A stretch of DNA of 56,044 nucleotides, filler included, from Sphacelaria rigidula (lineage: Eukaryota), in assembly GCA_964200075.2 (NCBI GenBank). It is 5 parts of 5 records of this genome, joined end to end, with 100 filler letters (N's around TTAATTAATTAA, not from the genome) between each part and the next. Parts side by side here need not be neighbours in the genome. Positions count along the whole stretch, not along the records: positions 33,690 to 44,817 come from CAXNAA020005348.1; positions 44,918 to 56,044 come from CAXNAA020005349.1; 3 more parts are not named here. One strand, 5' to 3'. The translations under genes and the position numbers were made by a program. Positions 38,707 to 50,680 of this stretch are shown in pieces (within the stretch, counting starts at the first letter, position 1; each line of letters begins with the position of its first letter). A model generated the notes under the pieces. It made no database searches and was not told where the DNA came from. It was given only the letters and a program-made list of their open reading frames with translations.

Positions 38707-38871
38707 GTTAGTACCAGAGCGTGTTGCAGCGATTGTAGTAAGTTGTCGTCGTGTTGGTGTTCTGGCACACAACTGCACCTACTCTCAGAAATCAGCGACC
38801 TACGTGTATTTCATTTCCTTATGTTACTCCCTGAATTATGTTGCCCCCTGAAAACATATACCCACCCGCAG

Positions 38872-39041
38872 GTGTGAAGACATCCGCTACACGCGCGCCG
38901 GTTACGTGGGACGCAACCGCCGGAACTCCGGAAACGGAAACGGAAACAAGTGGATCTACTGGTATCTTTGGAAGTGAGGTGTTGGTGACCCTGCGGATTA
39001 TCGGAGGGTTAGCACTACTGCTGGCTTGGGGTGCGTCATAG
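38872..39041 (+). CDS. Terminal exon D with GPI-signal-like hydrophobic tail
   Basis: CGCAG| acceptor, phase 1. Ends TSGSTGIFGSEVLVTLRIIGGLALLLAWGAS then TAG. Confidence 0.85.
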
Positions 39042-41452
39042 CCGGTGCCGTTACGCTACAGATGTGGTAAAAGGAGGAATATCGGTGTTTGTTCAAGACG
39101 TTTGTTACCGGGGCCCATGCGAGTACATATCGAGAGTAAGTAGGCCTTGGAGGCACCGTTGTATGGATTTGAGGATATCTTCCGTGTGGGGAATGACTAC
39201 AGTATATAGTTGCGAACTCTCCTCCAGCTTGTGAAGATCAATTGGAGCCTGTTCGTCGGTTGCATAGTCGTCAGTATAGGGAATGTGAAATGCCAACCCT
39301 GCACGGTGGGTGAGCGCACGTACGTACCTACACACGAAAGTTGGCATGGTGCAGTGGGCTTCCAGGAACATGTGTTGTGTATATTTTGATTTTTTGTTTT
39401 GTAAGTAGGCACGTTGTTTGTCGTTTTTTTAGGCACGATAAAACCATTGTTGGATGGATTTTTTGTTTGCTCCTTGGGAGCGGCACTTTTGCTGTTTTTT
39501 TTGGAGGCTTCAGGCTTCTGACTTACTTCGACGAGTATCTTCGATACACATTATTGAAGAGAGTACATGAGTCCCCCATCGGTTTGTACTTTCAGTCTGT
39601 GGTGAGTGCTGTGTAAGATAATTACTTTTGTACACAGGCCTTGCAGAGGCCCGCATGTTGTCATCTGCGCGTATTCGATTGGCGTAGTGTGTTCCCACGT
39701 AGTGGTAGTGAACAGTCTTAATATTGTAGGTCGTTCTATTTTGCCCTTGGGCACGGATAACCTACTCAATAAAATCGGTTTTTGTGAACCCCGTGCAAGT
39801 TTTGGTTGGTACAGGGCACCCACATCGTCATCTCCGGGTCTCGCTGTATGGGAGGTGATGTGAATAGACATAACATTCACTGTGTGCACTTGTTGCATCC
39901 GCATGTCAGCAGCGGGCAGGTGCTCTCTTCCTTTCTGTATCTTTGCATTCACAAATCGCAACATCATGTAGTAATGGAATGATAATCCAGCAAGCGACTG
40001 ATTGTTGGAAGTGAGGGGTCCCTTGGTAAATGATATCTGTTTCGTTTGGTTTTATTGTGTCTACGTTTCGTTGCTCATTCCACCTCGCCTATTGGTGAGT
40101 TACTAATATTTGCATGTCGACGATTGTTATCTAATTGCCATATGTGTTTGCTTGACTGAAAGGGGGTAGATTGGTATGACGGTAGAGTTGTGCGTTTTCG
40201 GTTATAGATCGGGCGAGATTACGCGTGGTGTTGTGCACGGCAATTTAGATTGGGCGACCGAATCGACACCGGTAGCTGAACGTGCAGTAGTGGTGTATGT
40301 TGGATGTGAATATGTGAATACTATGACGAAGTAGACCCTGTGGTTGGTATATTTGCCCACGTGCTCGTGTGCTGAATGTTGCGGGTGCGACCGTCCCCAG
40401 TGGGTGTTCATCCCTCTCATCTTCTGAGATTCGCTGGAAACCGCACGGCCACAACGGCTCCACCTGAATATGAGCAGAAACGCTTTTCTTTGCTGGATAT
40501 TGAGTCGTGTGGGATCATTTGAGCACAGTTCCGAGATCGTCGTGAATATCAACATTATTTTTTTTTCTCTTATGTCTTTCTGTCTTCAATGGCCACGCGA
40601 GGTTGACCTAACTACATGGCACGGTGCTCCTCATTCAGTGGGTCGCAAGAAACCACGAGTATTGCAAAAAAAATGGTCTAGCGAACGGTGCTCATTTCAA
40701 CGTCGCAAATCTCCCCTGCATAGCACAAGAGGACCTGATACTCTTGTCAATGATCACTGCAATCCTACCTCCCCCCGAAATGGGGCCCGAAGGCCCTCCG
40801 GCGACGTGCATATCGGTTACGCGGTGGAAGGGCTTGAGCATGCGATCGAGCGTCAATCGCTTTGAGCGCCGTGATACGACAGTACTGTAAAGGATCTTCA
40901 GAGTGCGGGTTCCACTTCAGCGGATATGGGGAATACACTCAGGTAGCAGCGGATGGAATCCAGCCCAATGTGATACAACGGAACGGACGGTGGTGTAGTG
41001 GAGCATTGACGGAATACGTCTGGGGAAATTTGAGATTCGGAGACTGTATCTTGAGCTTTTTCTGTGGACGCTGTAGCGGGTGACGCTCAATGTGTGTGTG
41101 AGACCCCATGGGGGGATGGATGCCAGCGATTGGTTTCTCGATTGATGGACGGGTTGATTGTTGCGCATCGAATGATCCGCTGAAAACCTAGCCGAGGTCA
41201 CGAGATGGACGCGCACCCGAGGCAAATAAGTGAAAACCCTTGAAGCAGAGAACTCGAGAAAGCGTATAGATAATAACTAGCAGAGAAAAATAAGGAAATA
41301 TATACAGAGTGGACAGAGAGGGGGGGGGAAATGGAACGGAAAGGAAAGGAAAGAAAATACTTAAGGGGGAATACTGTTCCAAGAAGGAAAGCGCCAGGAT
41401 GAGATCACTAATATATAGCACTAATATATAGCACCGATCCCTAGAAAAGAAT

Positions 41453-41700
41453 GATGCTACGGTAGGGTTGCACAAATATTTTCTGGGTCTAGAATGTTTG
41501 GGAGCCCCGTATCTTATCCAAAGCACGACTCATGAAATGTGTGAGAGTACGCCAGGATTACTACTCCAATGTGCAAGGGATATCCCGAATAAATTTGCAA
41601 ACGGGAATGCACTGACCCATAGTCTTCTGCATCTAGAATCGCTAGGAGCCTCTGAACCAGACAAGATTTTGTGCAAAACGTGCACCCCTACCGTAGCATC
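41453..41700. repeat. 21-bp inverted repeats enclosing about 200 bp (possible MITE)
   Basis: gatgctacggtagggttgcac and gtgcacccctaccgtagcatc. Confidence 0.55.
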
Positions 41701-43547
41701 GCTCAATTGGAAAAACAACGGCAGGCCCCCCTGTGGCATTGCTTCAGGTTAGGAGGGTGTGCTAGGAGAACCCGGGGAAAGGGCACTGCAGAGAAAGTGG
41801 GGTAGAAAGGAATTATTGGAATGAACAGGAGGTGTCAATATCCAAATGAGCGAGGCGGCGTAACCAGCATGTGTTTCCAGTGTCAAATCGCATCATCCGC
41901 CTTCACTGAAGTGACGGCTTGTCACCGTTGGTGGTTGATGTGCGATCAATCGCCGGCAGTACCAGGATGTGGTCATACATGTGCGCATCAAGGACCACGT
42001 ACGATGTTGTGCAGTAGGTGTCAAGACGAAAGATACGCCATACGGTAGAAAAGTGTGTTCGTACACGTAGATCAGACCGTTTTCTTTTCAGATCGAGCAC
42101 TATTTTCGTGTATCTGCAAGATTTGCGGGATATCTTCCGCAAAGCGCCAATTTGCTCACACATAAAAAGTCCCAAGTATGCCGAAAATCCTCCCAGATAC
42201 CGCAACAAGCTATTTCGATATGGGACTATCCTCCTCGTTCACGCGAGAAACGCTGTCGAAGGATCAAAATTAGGCAGTTACGGTGAAAACACTGTTTCGT
42301 GCTCGTCAAACTATTTTGAAGTATCGCGTATTTGTACCGTGCGTTTGGCAAGCCGCGTTCGTCTTCAACCATGTGACAGCTCGCCAGCGTTTGCAAGCCG
42401 GGTATTTGGATCCGTAGGCAGATGTGCGCGTCAAGGATGACATACACTGCCATCCAGTATCTTCAAGGGCGGAAGGACATATGATGGAGGAAGCAGGGCA
42501 TGCCAGTTATGATCAGGCTGTGACTTAGGTGGGAGTGTGTAGACGATTCATTTATTGATGCTCGCACATTGATCTGCTATGAATCAATCCACGGTCACAC
42601 GATAGAAGTATCGAAGGTAAAGAAACGGAATACTCGCTGAACAAAACTCGAGAAGATAAAGATGCGTGTTCATGTGCATAAATAACCCGTATTCGCAAGA
42701 GAGCAAATCAATATTTAGTTCATACTCCGGATAACTTTACACCGAAATAGAGCCGAGTCTCATCGGGAGTGAAAATGGACCCCACAAACCCTCATGAGCG
42801 TGATTCTGCCCCGGTGCGTTTCACTTCCCATGTCACTCACTTCTACCGTTCGTTAGTCTAACTTTTGTTTTGTTGCGGAGGTCGCAAGATCGGGTTTGAA
42901 ATCTGTGGGATAAAAACCTTTCAATTTTTCTACAGTGAGAATGATGAAGCCAGAGGAAAAGCGTCGATACCAGACCACGGCTGGACCCCTGGGGGATCAG
43001 CTATAGTGCGACAGTCAATCAAACATCAATCAACCCGAGCAACGCATTTCATCGCGTATTTCCATGCGCGCATCCGCCCTGTTGGTTGCCCTGTTGATTT
43101 CCATCCCTTGATTCATCTCGAGGGTTTCACAAGCCTCTAAATAAGGAGAAAAGTCGACCGAGAGTCCCTCAAAGTTTGATCGATCAGCTTGCTCTTTGCT
43201 CAAATCATTAGAGCAATTGTTTCCTTCGTTGTTTTCCGTATCGGTATGACTTGTCCACCAGAGTATCTAGAACACGATCATTGCTGGTTGGGTACATCGA
43301 TGATATCATGGCTGATCAGGTGTAGATCAGGCGAAGGTGATACAATGCATGCGATAATGACAAAACAAAAACTGTACGATCAGATCGAAACAGGTTGATA
43401 CAACATGAGGGCGGAAAATGCACGTGCACATGACAACATGCGATGGGATGGTGAGCGAGAAAAGTACAGCCGACAGTAGGCGGTAGAGGCAAAAATAACA
43501 CAAGCGGGACAATAACAGCCAACCAGGGTAGCAGAAAGCACGGTGGA

Positions 43548-43581
43548 AACAGCAGCAGCAGCAGCAACAACAACATACAAT

Positions 43582-43624
<43 letters not shown>

Positions 43625-43880
43625 GCAACAGTAGTAATAGGCAACAGCGACAACAGACAACAGAAAACAACAACAGTAGCAGCAACAGCATCAACAATAC
43701 AGAGCAGCAACAAGCAACGACACACAGCAGCTGCGCGGCAACGACGAACAACAGCACAGAAAAACAGCACAGCCGTGCGGCGAGCAGCAGCAACACACAG
43801 CGGCGGCACGGCAGCGACGAACAGCAGCACACAACAACAGCGAAAACCACAGCAACAGACAACAACGACGCGGCTGCACA
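43548..43880. repeat. (AAC)n/(AGC)n microsatellite and derived low-complexity tract
   Basis: Pure (aac)n at about 43582-43623 inside a degenerate CAA/CAG tract. Confidence 0.92.
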
Positions 43881-44460
43881 GCTTCCGCAGCTGTCTGGAG
43901 CCTGATGTCCCGAAACGCCCCGCAGTATTTGTTGACCCTCTGGTTCGTGGAACTCGTGCAATCTCGTTCAACCGTATTGCCTTTAATCAATTGTTTTGGC
44001 TAGGTTATTTCACTTTTGCTTTGGACGTCTGCAGTGGCGTGCTGATGAACCATCCCGGATGAGCTCGTGCATAAAGCCGTTGGTGGCGCACTGCGTGGGT
44101 TGCATGTAAGGAAGTGCAATGCGGGGGGTACGGAGCACAGGGCACCCACGGGGCAAAACAAACTACTGTACATAGCCCACGCGCAACTATTTATGCTCGA
44201 CGTGCGTATGGTCGGTAGACAGAACAAAAGAGTGCGAAGAGCCGAGGCAGCATACCATCATATTACACTGTATATGCTCTCCTTACATCCCAGTGACACA
44301 AAGCCCTGAACTTCAACAGCACTGTCTCCTACGTGCTGAATGATGTTTCAGGTAAGACACACTGTGGACACTACAATTTGTGAACAGGCACACTATTTAC
44401 TCTATATAAAAAGAAGTAACATTTCACCTGATCCGACCCACACGCCAGCAAAACCCTCCC

Positions 44461-44535
44461 CTCCGAAGGTGTGTGGTCGGAGCATGCCAGTGTTGACTTT
44501 ACGGAAACCCGAGTTCGATTCTCGGATTGGTCACC
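44461..44535 (+). other. tRNA-like head, probable SINE or tRNA pseudogene
   Basis: Perfect T-arm/B-box ccgag-ttcgatt-ctcgg with an A-box-like segment upstream. No intact cloverleaf. Confidence 0.45.
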
Positions 44536-44817
44536 ATGTCATGGTACGATACTTACGACCTGGGTAGGAAGATGCCAGTTCAGTGGGCACCGGGGCTAGC
44601 AGGCCCAAACACAACCTTTAGTATCGAAACCATTGAGTTCGATATTATCGAGTGCGAGTCAACCACCGCACCAGTGGTCAGGTGGCATGTCATGAGCCAC
44701 GCAGGCTGCAGCACAACATGTGTTGCATGAAGGTCAGGCTTACATTTTGTGAAGACCAGAGAATCCTCTGAGATAGCAGTCCCTGATGGCGTAGATGCTC
44801 TTGTATTATTGGCGTAC

Positions 44818-44917
44818 NNNNNNNNNNNNNNNNNNNNNNNNNNNNNNNNNNNNNNNNNNNNTTAATTAATTAANNNNNNNNNNNNNNNNNNNNNNNNNNN
44901 NNNNNNNNNNNNNNNNN
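44818..44917. other. Artificial contig spacer
   Basis: N44-TTAATTAATTAA-N44. Confidence 0.98.
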
Positions 44918-46349
44918 GAGCTGGGGAGTCCCTCAACAGCATTTAGACGCTGCAGTACTAGCAGACCTGCTAGCGTCACAGCGGTCAGCAAATTGTGCAC
45001 TATATAGTGGACGGGATCAGTAGGGCCTTTAGGGCTGGGGGGGCACTGCAGAGGTTAGGTGGGGCACAGTGCTTCTATCTTGTATTGCCGCGAGTTGCGT
45101 AGTCGATCGCAACAGGTATTGAATGTTCCTGAGAAATAGCCCGTCTGTCCCCGGGTCGTGAGAGATTCTGTGAGTTGGGGCGTGAGTCATCACGTTATAA
45201 GGTGTTGTGTATTGCATTCTTCACCCTCCAGTGATGCAGTAGAGCGAACAATCCTGTGAAATCTCGGCGAGTACATCTTAATTGAAGATATATTACTTGG
45301 TACAATACTCACCCCAGTCAATCGACACTAACAGGCAGAAAACGTGGACGTGCTGTTTGACAATGCTGTGCTACTTTTACACTGAACGATGCTGCTGCTG
45401 TTGCCGCTGCTGGGAGTGTGGGCGATCGGGTGCTTGTGTTTGCAGTTCACTGGAACAAGCAAGTAGTAATCAATTGTTTCTCCGTCGGATCTTCACGACC
45501 TAGATTGCTGCTGGTTGCTCGTATTTTTCAACAGCCATCTATCCTAGAGAATATCATATCCATCGCCCGGTACACTCTTCACAGACACGCCGTGGTCTGG
45601 TCTGTTTTGATCCCCCAAACAATCAGGTTTGTGCCCGTTCCAGTCCCATGGTGTCGGCTCATGTTTGATCTACCTCGCAACAAAGCAAGGAACAAATGCC
45701 GGGGCGTGTCCGACACATGATGGATGGAAAATGTCGAGCCTGCCTTAGAGCTTAGCCATTGCACCTGCAGGGAGACCTCAGTCGTGTCACCTACGGGGGC
45801 GGGCGAAAGGTACTTGTGATCGGTACTATTACCCAGTACATATTCTGCAACTTCAATGTCAGTTTGTTCCCGCAGAAAATCCTCGTTCCCATTCTTCAGG
45901 ATCTTGTGTCTCCACAACACGGGATTTTACAAATTGCGGGTGGAAGGTTTCGAGGATGAGCGAGGCCAGACATAATGTCCGAAGGTGGCATATGCATTTT
46001 TCCTTTCTCATCGTTTTGGCGCTTGTGGGACGATCCCCATGATTTACGATTCACCAGATATCTTCACGCTTCTGGTATTGTAGCTGAATACGGCTTTTGC
46101 TGGGACATATAGTCGTCAAAGTCGAAACTTTGAGTTTTCGTTCTCATGCAATTTTGCAGGTTCTCCGTTTCCACGATCATCGTGAATTCTGTATGGGCCC
46201 ATTTTCTGGGGAATTGAGACACATGAGTACTCGCAACATGTTACAATATCGAACGAGGTACTGCCTCACCGGTCGTTTCAGGCTCTACTGTGATGAGGCT
46301 CAGAGACGTTGCAATATATGAGGATTTACGAGTCTGCTCGTAGACCCTT

Positions 46350-46768
46350 AACATACAATTCAATAAAATGAGGTTCATCAATTAAATGAGGTTCGAGCCC
46401 AAAACAGTATTTTCTCCACACTTTCAGCGATGGTGCTCAATGACTTTCTCATCGGCCTAATGCCCCTCGATCGCGTAGATACTTCTTCAGCGCGTTTTAC
46501 CGACTTTGTGAGCTTACAGCGCTGACCGAAACCGCTGTTTTCCCTGATAACACCCCCCCCCCCTAGAAAATGGGTAGAAATGGCGGTTTCGGACAGCGCT
46601 CTAAGCTCACGGAGTCAATAAAATGCGCTGAAGAAGTATCTAGGCAATCGAGGGGCATTAGGCCGACAAGAATGTCATCGGGCACCATCGCTGAAAGTGT
46701 GGAGAAAATGCTGTTTTGGGCTCGAGCCTTATTTAATTGATGAGCGTCATTTTGTAGAATTGTCTGTT
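46350..46768. mobile_element. Foldback MITE with about 190-bp TIRs
   Basis: acaattcaataaaatgaggttcatcaattaaat...atttaattgatgagcgtcattttgtagaattgt. Confidence 0.9.
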
Positions 46769-48165
46769 CCATGGTTCTGTGACGCGTTGTATCGCGTTTG
46801 TCAATGTCACTGTTGTGACGACATTATTCGGCGTGGCTGGAAGCCATCCCCACACCTTGTCACTTGCTGGCTTCCCTTGCTCACTTGCCTGGTTCCTCCT
46901 GCTACCCTGGCACCATCGCCACGCTCTGCTCTGCTCTCATGGCTGCGCCCCGGCTATACTGAGCTAGAGAGTTACTTTTAGGTATAATATAATGGTATAA
47001 TATATATGTTATCAAAGTCTCTCGTCTGCCAGCAGTTACTTATATATGAGAATATACTGTGTTATTGCATGATGGAGGAGCTAAGATCTGTACGATGTGC
47101 CCACGTGAGAGCTTGGCCATGATATCTCCTGACACTTATACTGAGAGATCCCACTCAATGTATTTAGCTTACTTGATCTATATCACACTTGGCGTCGATG
47201 GTAGGGTAAGGTAATGTGGAGAACGCTGTCACTATTTCTGCCCAACAATCAGAGGAGGGATATCTTCCCAGGATAAAAGCATTTACTGCTGCCAGCATGC
47301 GAGTTGTGTGTGCCGGGAGTTTTATCTAACGATGCCCATAAAAATGCAGTAGCAGAACTAAGTTAAACTATAAAATACACTCACGAACTTACTGACTAGC
47401 TTTTGTTTCTGAGGGCCCAGTCACCGAAGCAGGAGACAGCTGAATGTGCAGCAAAGGTGTCAGACGCCAGAAGAAGAGTTTTGATTATCTCTACTGAACT
47501 GTTGAATTCCATGCGACGGTGATGAAGTGCGGCGGAGGGGCTCCTACAGAGACTTGCCATCCGACCCCAAAGATATGTCACCACTCAGAGTCACACCTCA
47601 AAATCTTGTGCGTCACAAAGCTGCGTCAAGCTTCAAGTACGTACTGATCTCCATCCTCGGGCAGAATAATTCCGTGCCATCCAACATCTAATAGCGACCA
47701 TTACGTACTTGTTTCCTAAGCGGCACAGCTGGTGTGCAGTTGATCAGCTGGGCGCCTAATTATTCACCAAAGATGTATTATACGTATCGTATCGCCAGCC
47801 TGTATCCAGGAACAACTCATCAACTGGAATTCTTATCACATAACATATGTCTCTCGTGGGTGGAGAGTCATGCTACAATAGGGAACAGGCGGGGAGGGGG
47901 GTATTCCGGGCCGTTTTCTTCCACGAAATTCTACTTTAATCGTCGTTGAAAGCAGCCAGCAGTTGTTCGAGCGCGCGTGCTCTCGATAAATAACGCTCAT
48001 CCATACTGCTTTGATTTGCTTTTACCCGAATACAAGTGCACCGCAAGTGTGTTATATTGTTTGGCGCATTCATGAGAACATTGTTTCGTGGAATCGAAGA
48101 CCCCCCTATCGTTTTGATAGAGTAAAAACGATGCTAGAAAAATGAAACAATCGACAAGGCACAAA

Positions 48166-48716
48166 CAGGTTTTGAGCCAAATTGTAGTTGCGTAGACCAT
48201 GTGTACACACTAGGTAAGATCATTCAGGGTAGGAAAGACGCCGGGCGGACAACGTACTGTTTCTTTCTGGACGTGCAAAAGGCTTATGGCACACCATGGA
48301 GAACTGGGCTATGGAAGACACTTTCTACGATAGCCCCCCCCAGAAACAGCCCAAAAGTGTCCCGAAAAAAACGGCCATACAGCGCCTAATGTTTTGGGTT
48401 CAGGCTGCATGAAGCGCCTCATATTGGCGACATTGGCTAGAACGAACCCAAACGTGGGAATTCCCAGCTGCTCGTTGTGCTCGGCTTTTCCCATTTCGAC
48501 TTACGTGAAGAGTTTTTCTCCCAAAACCATGCACTTTGGGGGGGGAGCTATCGTAGAAAGTGTCGGAAAACGTTGTGACAAACTGGGATCAGAGAAAATT
48601 TGTGGAAAATGGTCAAGACAATGACAGAATGTGCCGAAAAAGCCATGTCGCTAGACGGGGAAATATCGAAATATTGTGATATCTTACAAGGAGCTGCACA
48701 AGGATTCACGTTATCA
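48166..48716 (+). pseudogene. Non-LTR (LINE) reverse transcriptase fragment interrupted by a MITE
   Basis: SCVDHVYTLGKIIQGR..CFFLDVQKAYGTPWRTGLW then KTL..DILQGAAQGFTLS, matching the D.xKAYD and GV.QG..LSP motifs. Removing the MITE and one TSD restores the frame. Confidence 0.9.
48317..48564. mobile_element. MITE family A, copy 2 (TSD GGAA)
   Basis: ggaa|gacactttctacgatagc...gctatcgtagaaagtgtc|ggaa. Confidence 0.93.
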
Positions 48717-49389
48717 TGTGAGAGAGGGGTATCGCTAGAGTAGTCAGAGACCTCCGGGGGGAGACTGCCGTCCTGATGCCCAAGGAACTCCGAGGCCAGC
48801 GATGATTTCCTCTCGTATATGTAGGCAAGAAGTGGGGTCAGACTTTGAGTGGGCGCCATAGGCGACCAGGGCCTCGGGGGATGTTGGACCGTCCTAATAT
48901 TAGGCTCTTCCTGGCATAACCCCGAGTTGTCTAGTTACGTCGGCATTACAGGCTCCTCGGTGATCTGGTCGTTCCGGATCGTTCCTACCTTGTCCGTGCT
49001 TGCGCTGGGTCTGCATACATGTGTGGCATCAGTCTCTGATATGTCACTGCAAAGAGATATCCTCCACATTTCCCCCCCCTTCATGCGCCTGTAGCCCATC
49101 GAGGCTATGACTGGTGGGACGAGGCGATCATCAGCTTCGCTGATGATATAGGTTTCTTTGAGTGACAATTATTGATTGAGTAACTCCACCACTAATCGCA
49201 AAGGCAGCCCTTCTCTACACAGTGGTATTGAGTAAATACCCCCAGTAAATATTAGCTACCTTTGGTCAGTAACAGTGCACGTATTCCAAACACTTTCATT
49301 CTTTTTTTTCTATCATGTAGTTGTCATATGTGACATGTTTCCATCAGATGTATTGGCACTTGGGAGCTAGTTGAATCTGCTGGTGTGCA

Positions 49390-50140
49390 TGGCTGGGCAC
49401 TGGGACACTGATCGACCAACGAACGCCTGGGTATTCCTGCCCGGGTTCTGGGATACCTTCGGTTCCCCGGACACCTGAGTAGGGTTAAGTCTCGGGTTAG
49501 TAACAAGGCGGTGTTGAAGATACATGTATGTATTTTTCCCTTCACCTGTGAGCATTGTGCTTTCTTGGCTAAACACGATCAAAATGACCTTTGCTTCTTG
49601 TATTGTGTCAAATAGATGATCATGTATGTGTGACATATCTTTTATGGCGTGCTTTTGCACTTTGGTGCAGGCTGCATCAGCTAGGTATACCTGGCTAGGC
49701 ACTGGGACACCAACCGGTCCACAGGCGCTTGAGATGTCCCTGTCCGGGTTCTGGGATGCCTTCGGTTCCACTGATACCGGCGTATAGGACAAAGTCCTTG
49801 CATTAGTACTAAGGCGGTGGGTCTGATGTTTATCTTGCGAACCTTCCGCTCTTCGGTGAAACATCGACATGTCCTTTGCTTCGTATCATTTTATGGCGTA
49901 TAAGTCTGTCTCATCTGATCTACTTCCACAAGATGCGTTGCACTTTGGTGCTGGATGCATCTGCTGTTCTACATGCCACTGGGACACTGATCGGTCCACG
50001 GGCGCCTGGATTGTTCACGTCCGGGCTCTGGGATACTTCTGGTTCCGCTGACGCCGAATAGTACAACGTCCTCGTGTCAGTCACAAAGCGGTGGATACGA
50101 TGTTTTCGGCCTGTGAGCATTGTGCTTTTTTTGTCCAAAC
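49390..50140. repeat. Three diverged tandem units of about 280-300 bp in the Gypsy 3' UTR
   Basis: cactgggacac..ccggg.tctgggat.c.t..ggttcc at about 49397, 49700 and 49976. Confidence 0.8.
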
Positions 50141-50299
50141 ATCGTCAAAATGATTTCTTGTCAGCACTACCCCTATTGTTGAGAGGTTATCTTCCTTGGG
50201 AAGTTGCATCCCAATCACCGTTGACATGTCAGATATGTTTCCGTTCATGTCTGCATTGTTCTAACGTCGTTTTTTTGTCTTCTTCTCTTGTGACTCTCT

Positions 50300-50680
50300 T
50301 TGATCTCCGAATTGTGACCCCGGGCTACTGCTCAACCCTTGAGCGTGTTGCTAGGACGCTCGAACAGTCTGTTGAACAGTCATATTCGTTTCCGTTACCC
50401 GGTATTTTTGGGTTTCGACTCCGGATGTGAGCGCTTTGCTAACGCGTTGTCATGACGGTATATATCGAGGAGGTGTCTACCTTGTGCTGTTTCGTCAGCT
50501 CGATAGCTTAGGTCAGCTGTCGGGCTGTAGCTTTTGAGTCTCATTAATCTCCGAATTTTGATCTCAGGGTACTGCTCGACCTTTGAGCGTTTTGCTAGGA
50601 CGCTCGATCAGTCTGTTAAACAGTCACATCCGTTTCCGTTTCCCCGTAGTTTTGGATTCCGAGTCTGGATATGAGCATTC
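50300..50680. repeat. About 130-bp direct duplication
   Basis: atctccgaatt..tgctaggacgctcga..cagtctgtt at about 50303 and 50547. Confidence 0.8.

Noticed and set aside
38150..38778. Minus-strand ORFs of 183 and 160 aa
   Set aside because: Antisense shadows of GC-rich exon C.
39500..43300. Many short ORFs
   Set aside because: No recognisable motifs or consistent exon structure; probably old repeats or intergenic DNA.
43316..43990. Poly-Cys, poly-Leu, poly-Val and poly-Asn ORFs
   Set aside because: Stop-free frames produced by an AAC/AGC microsatellite; no splice or domain support.
45579..45920. Chromodomain-like echo (EYVLGNSTDHKY..LQVQW)
   Set aside because: Too degenerate to call without a profile search.
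46810..47190. Possible solo LTR (TG..CA with an AT-rich core)
   Set aside because: No matching TSD or second copy could be identified.
49390..50140. Spaced repeats considered as a CRISPR-like array
   Set aside because: Units are about 290 bp and homologous along their length, with no unique spacers, no cas genes and a eukaryotic TE context.
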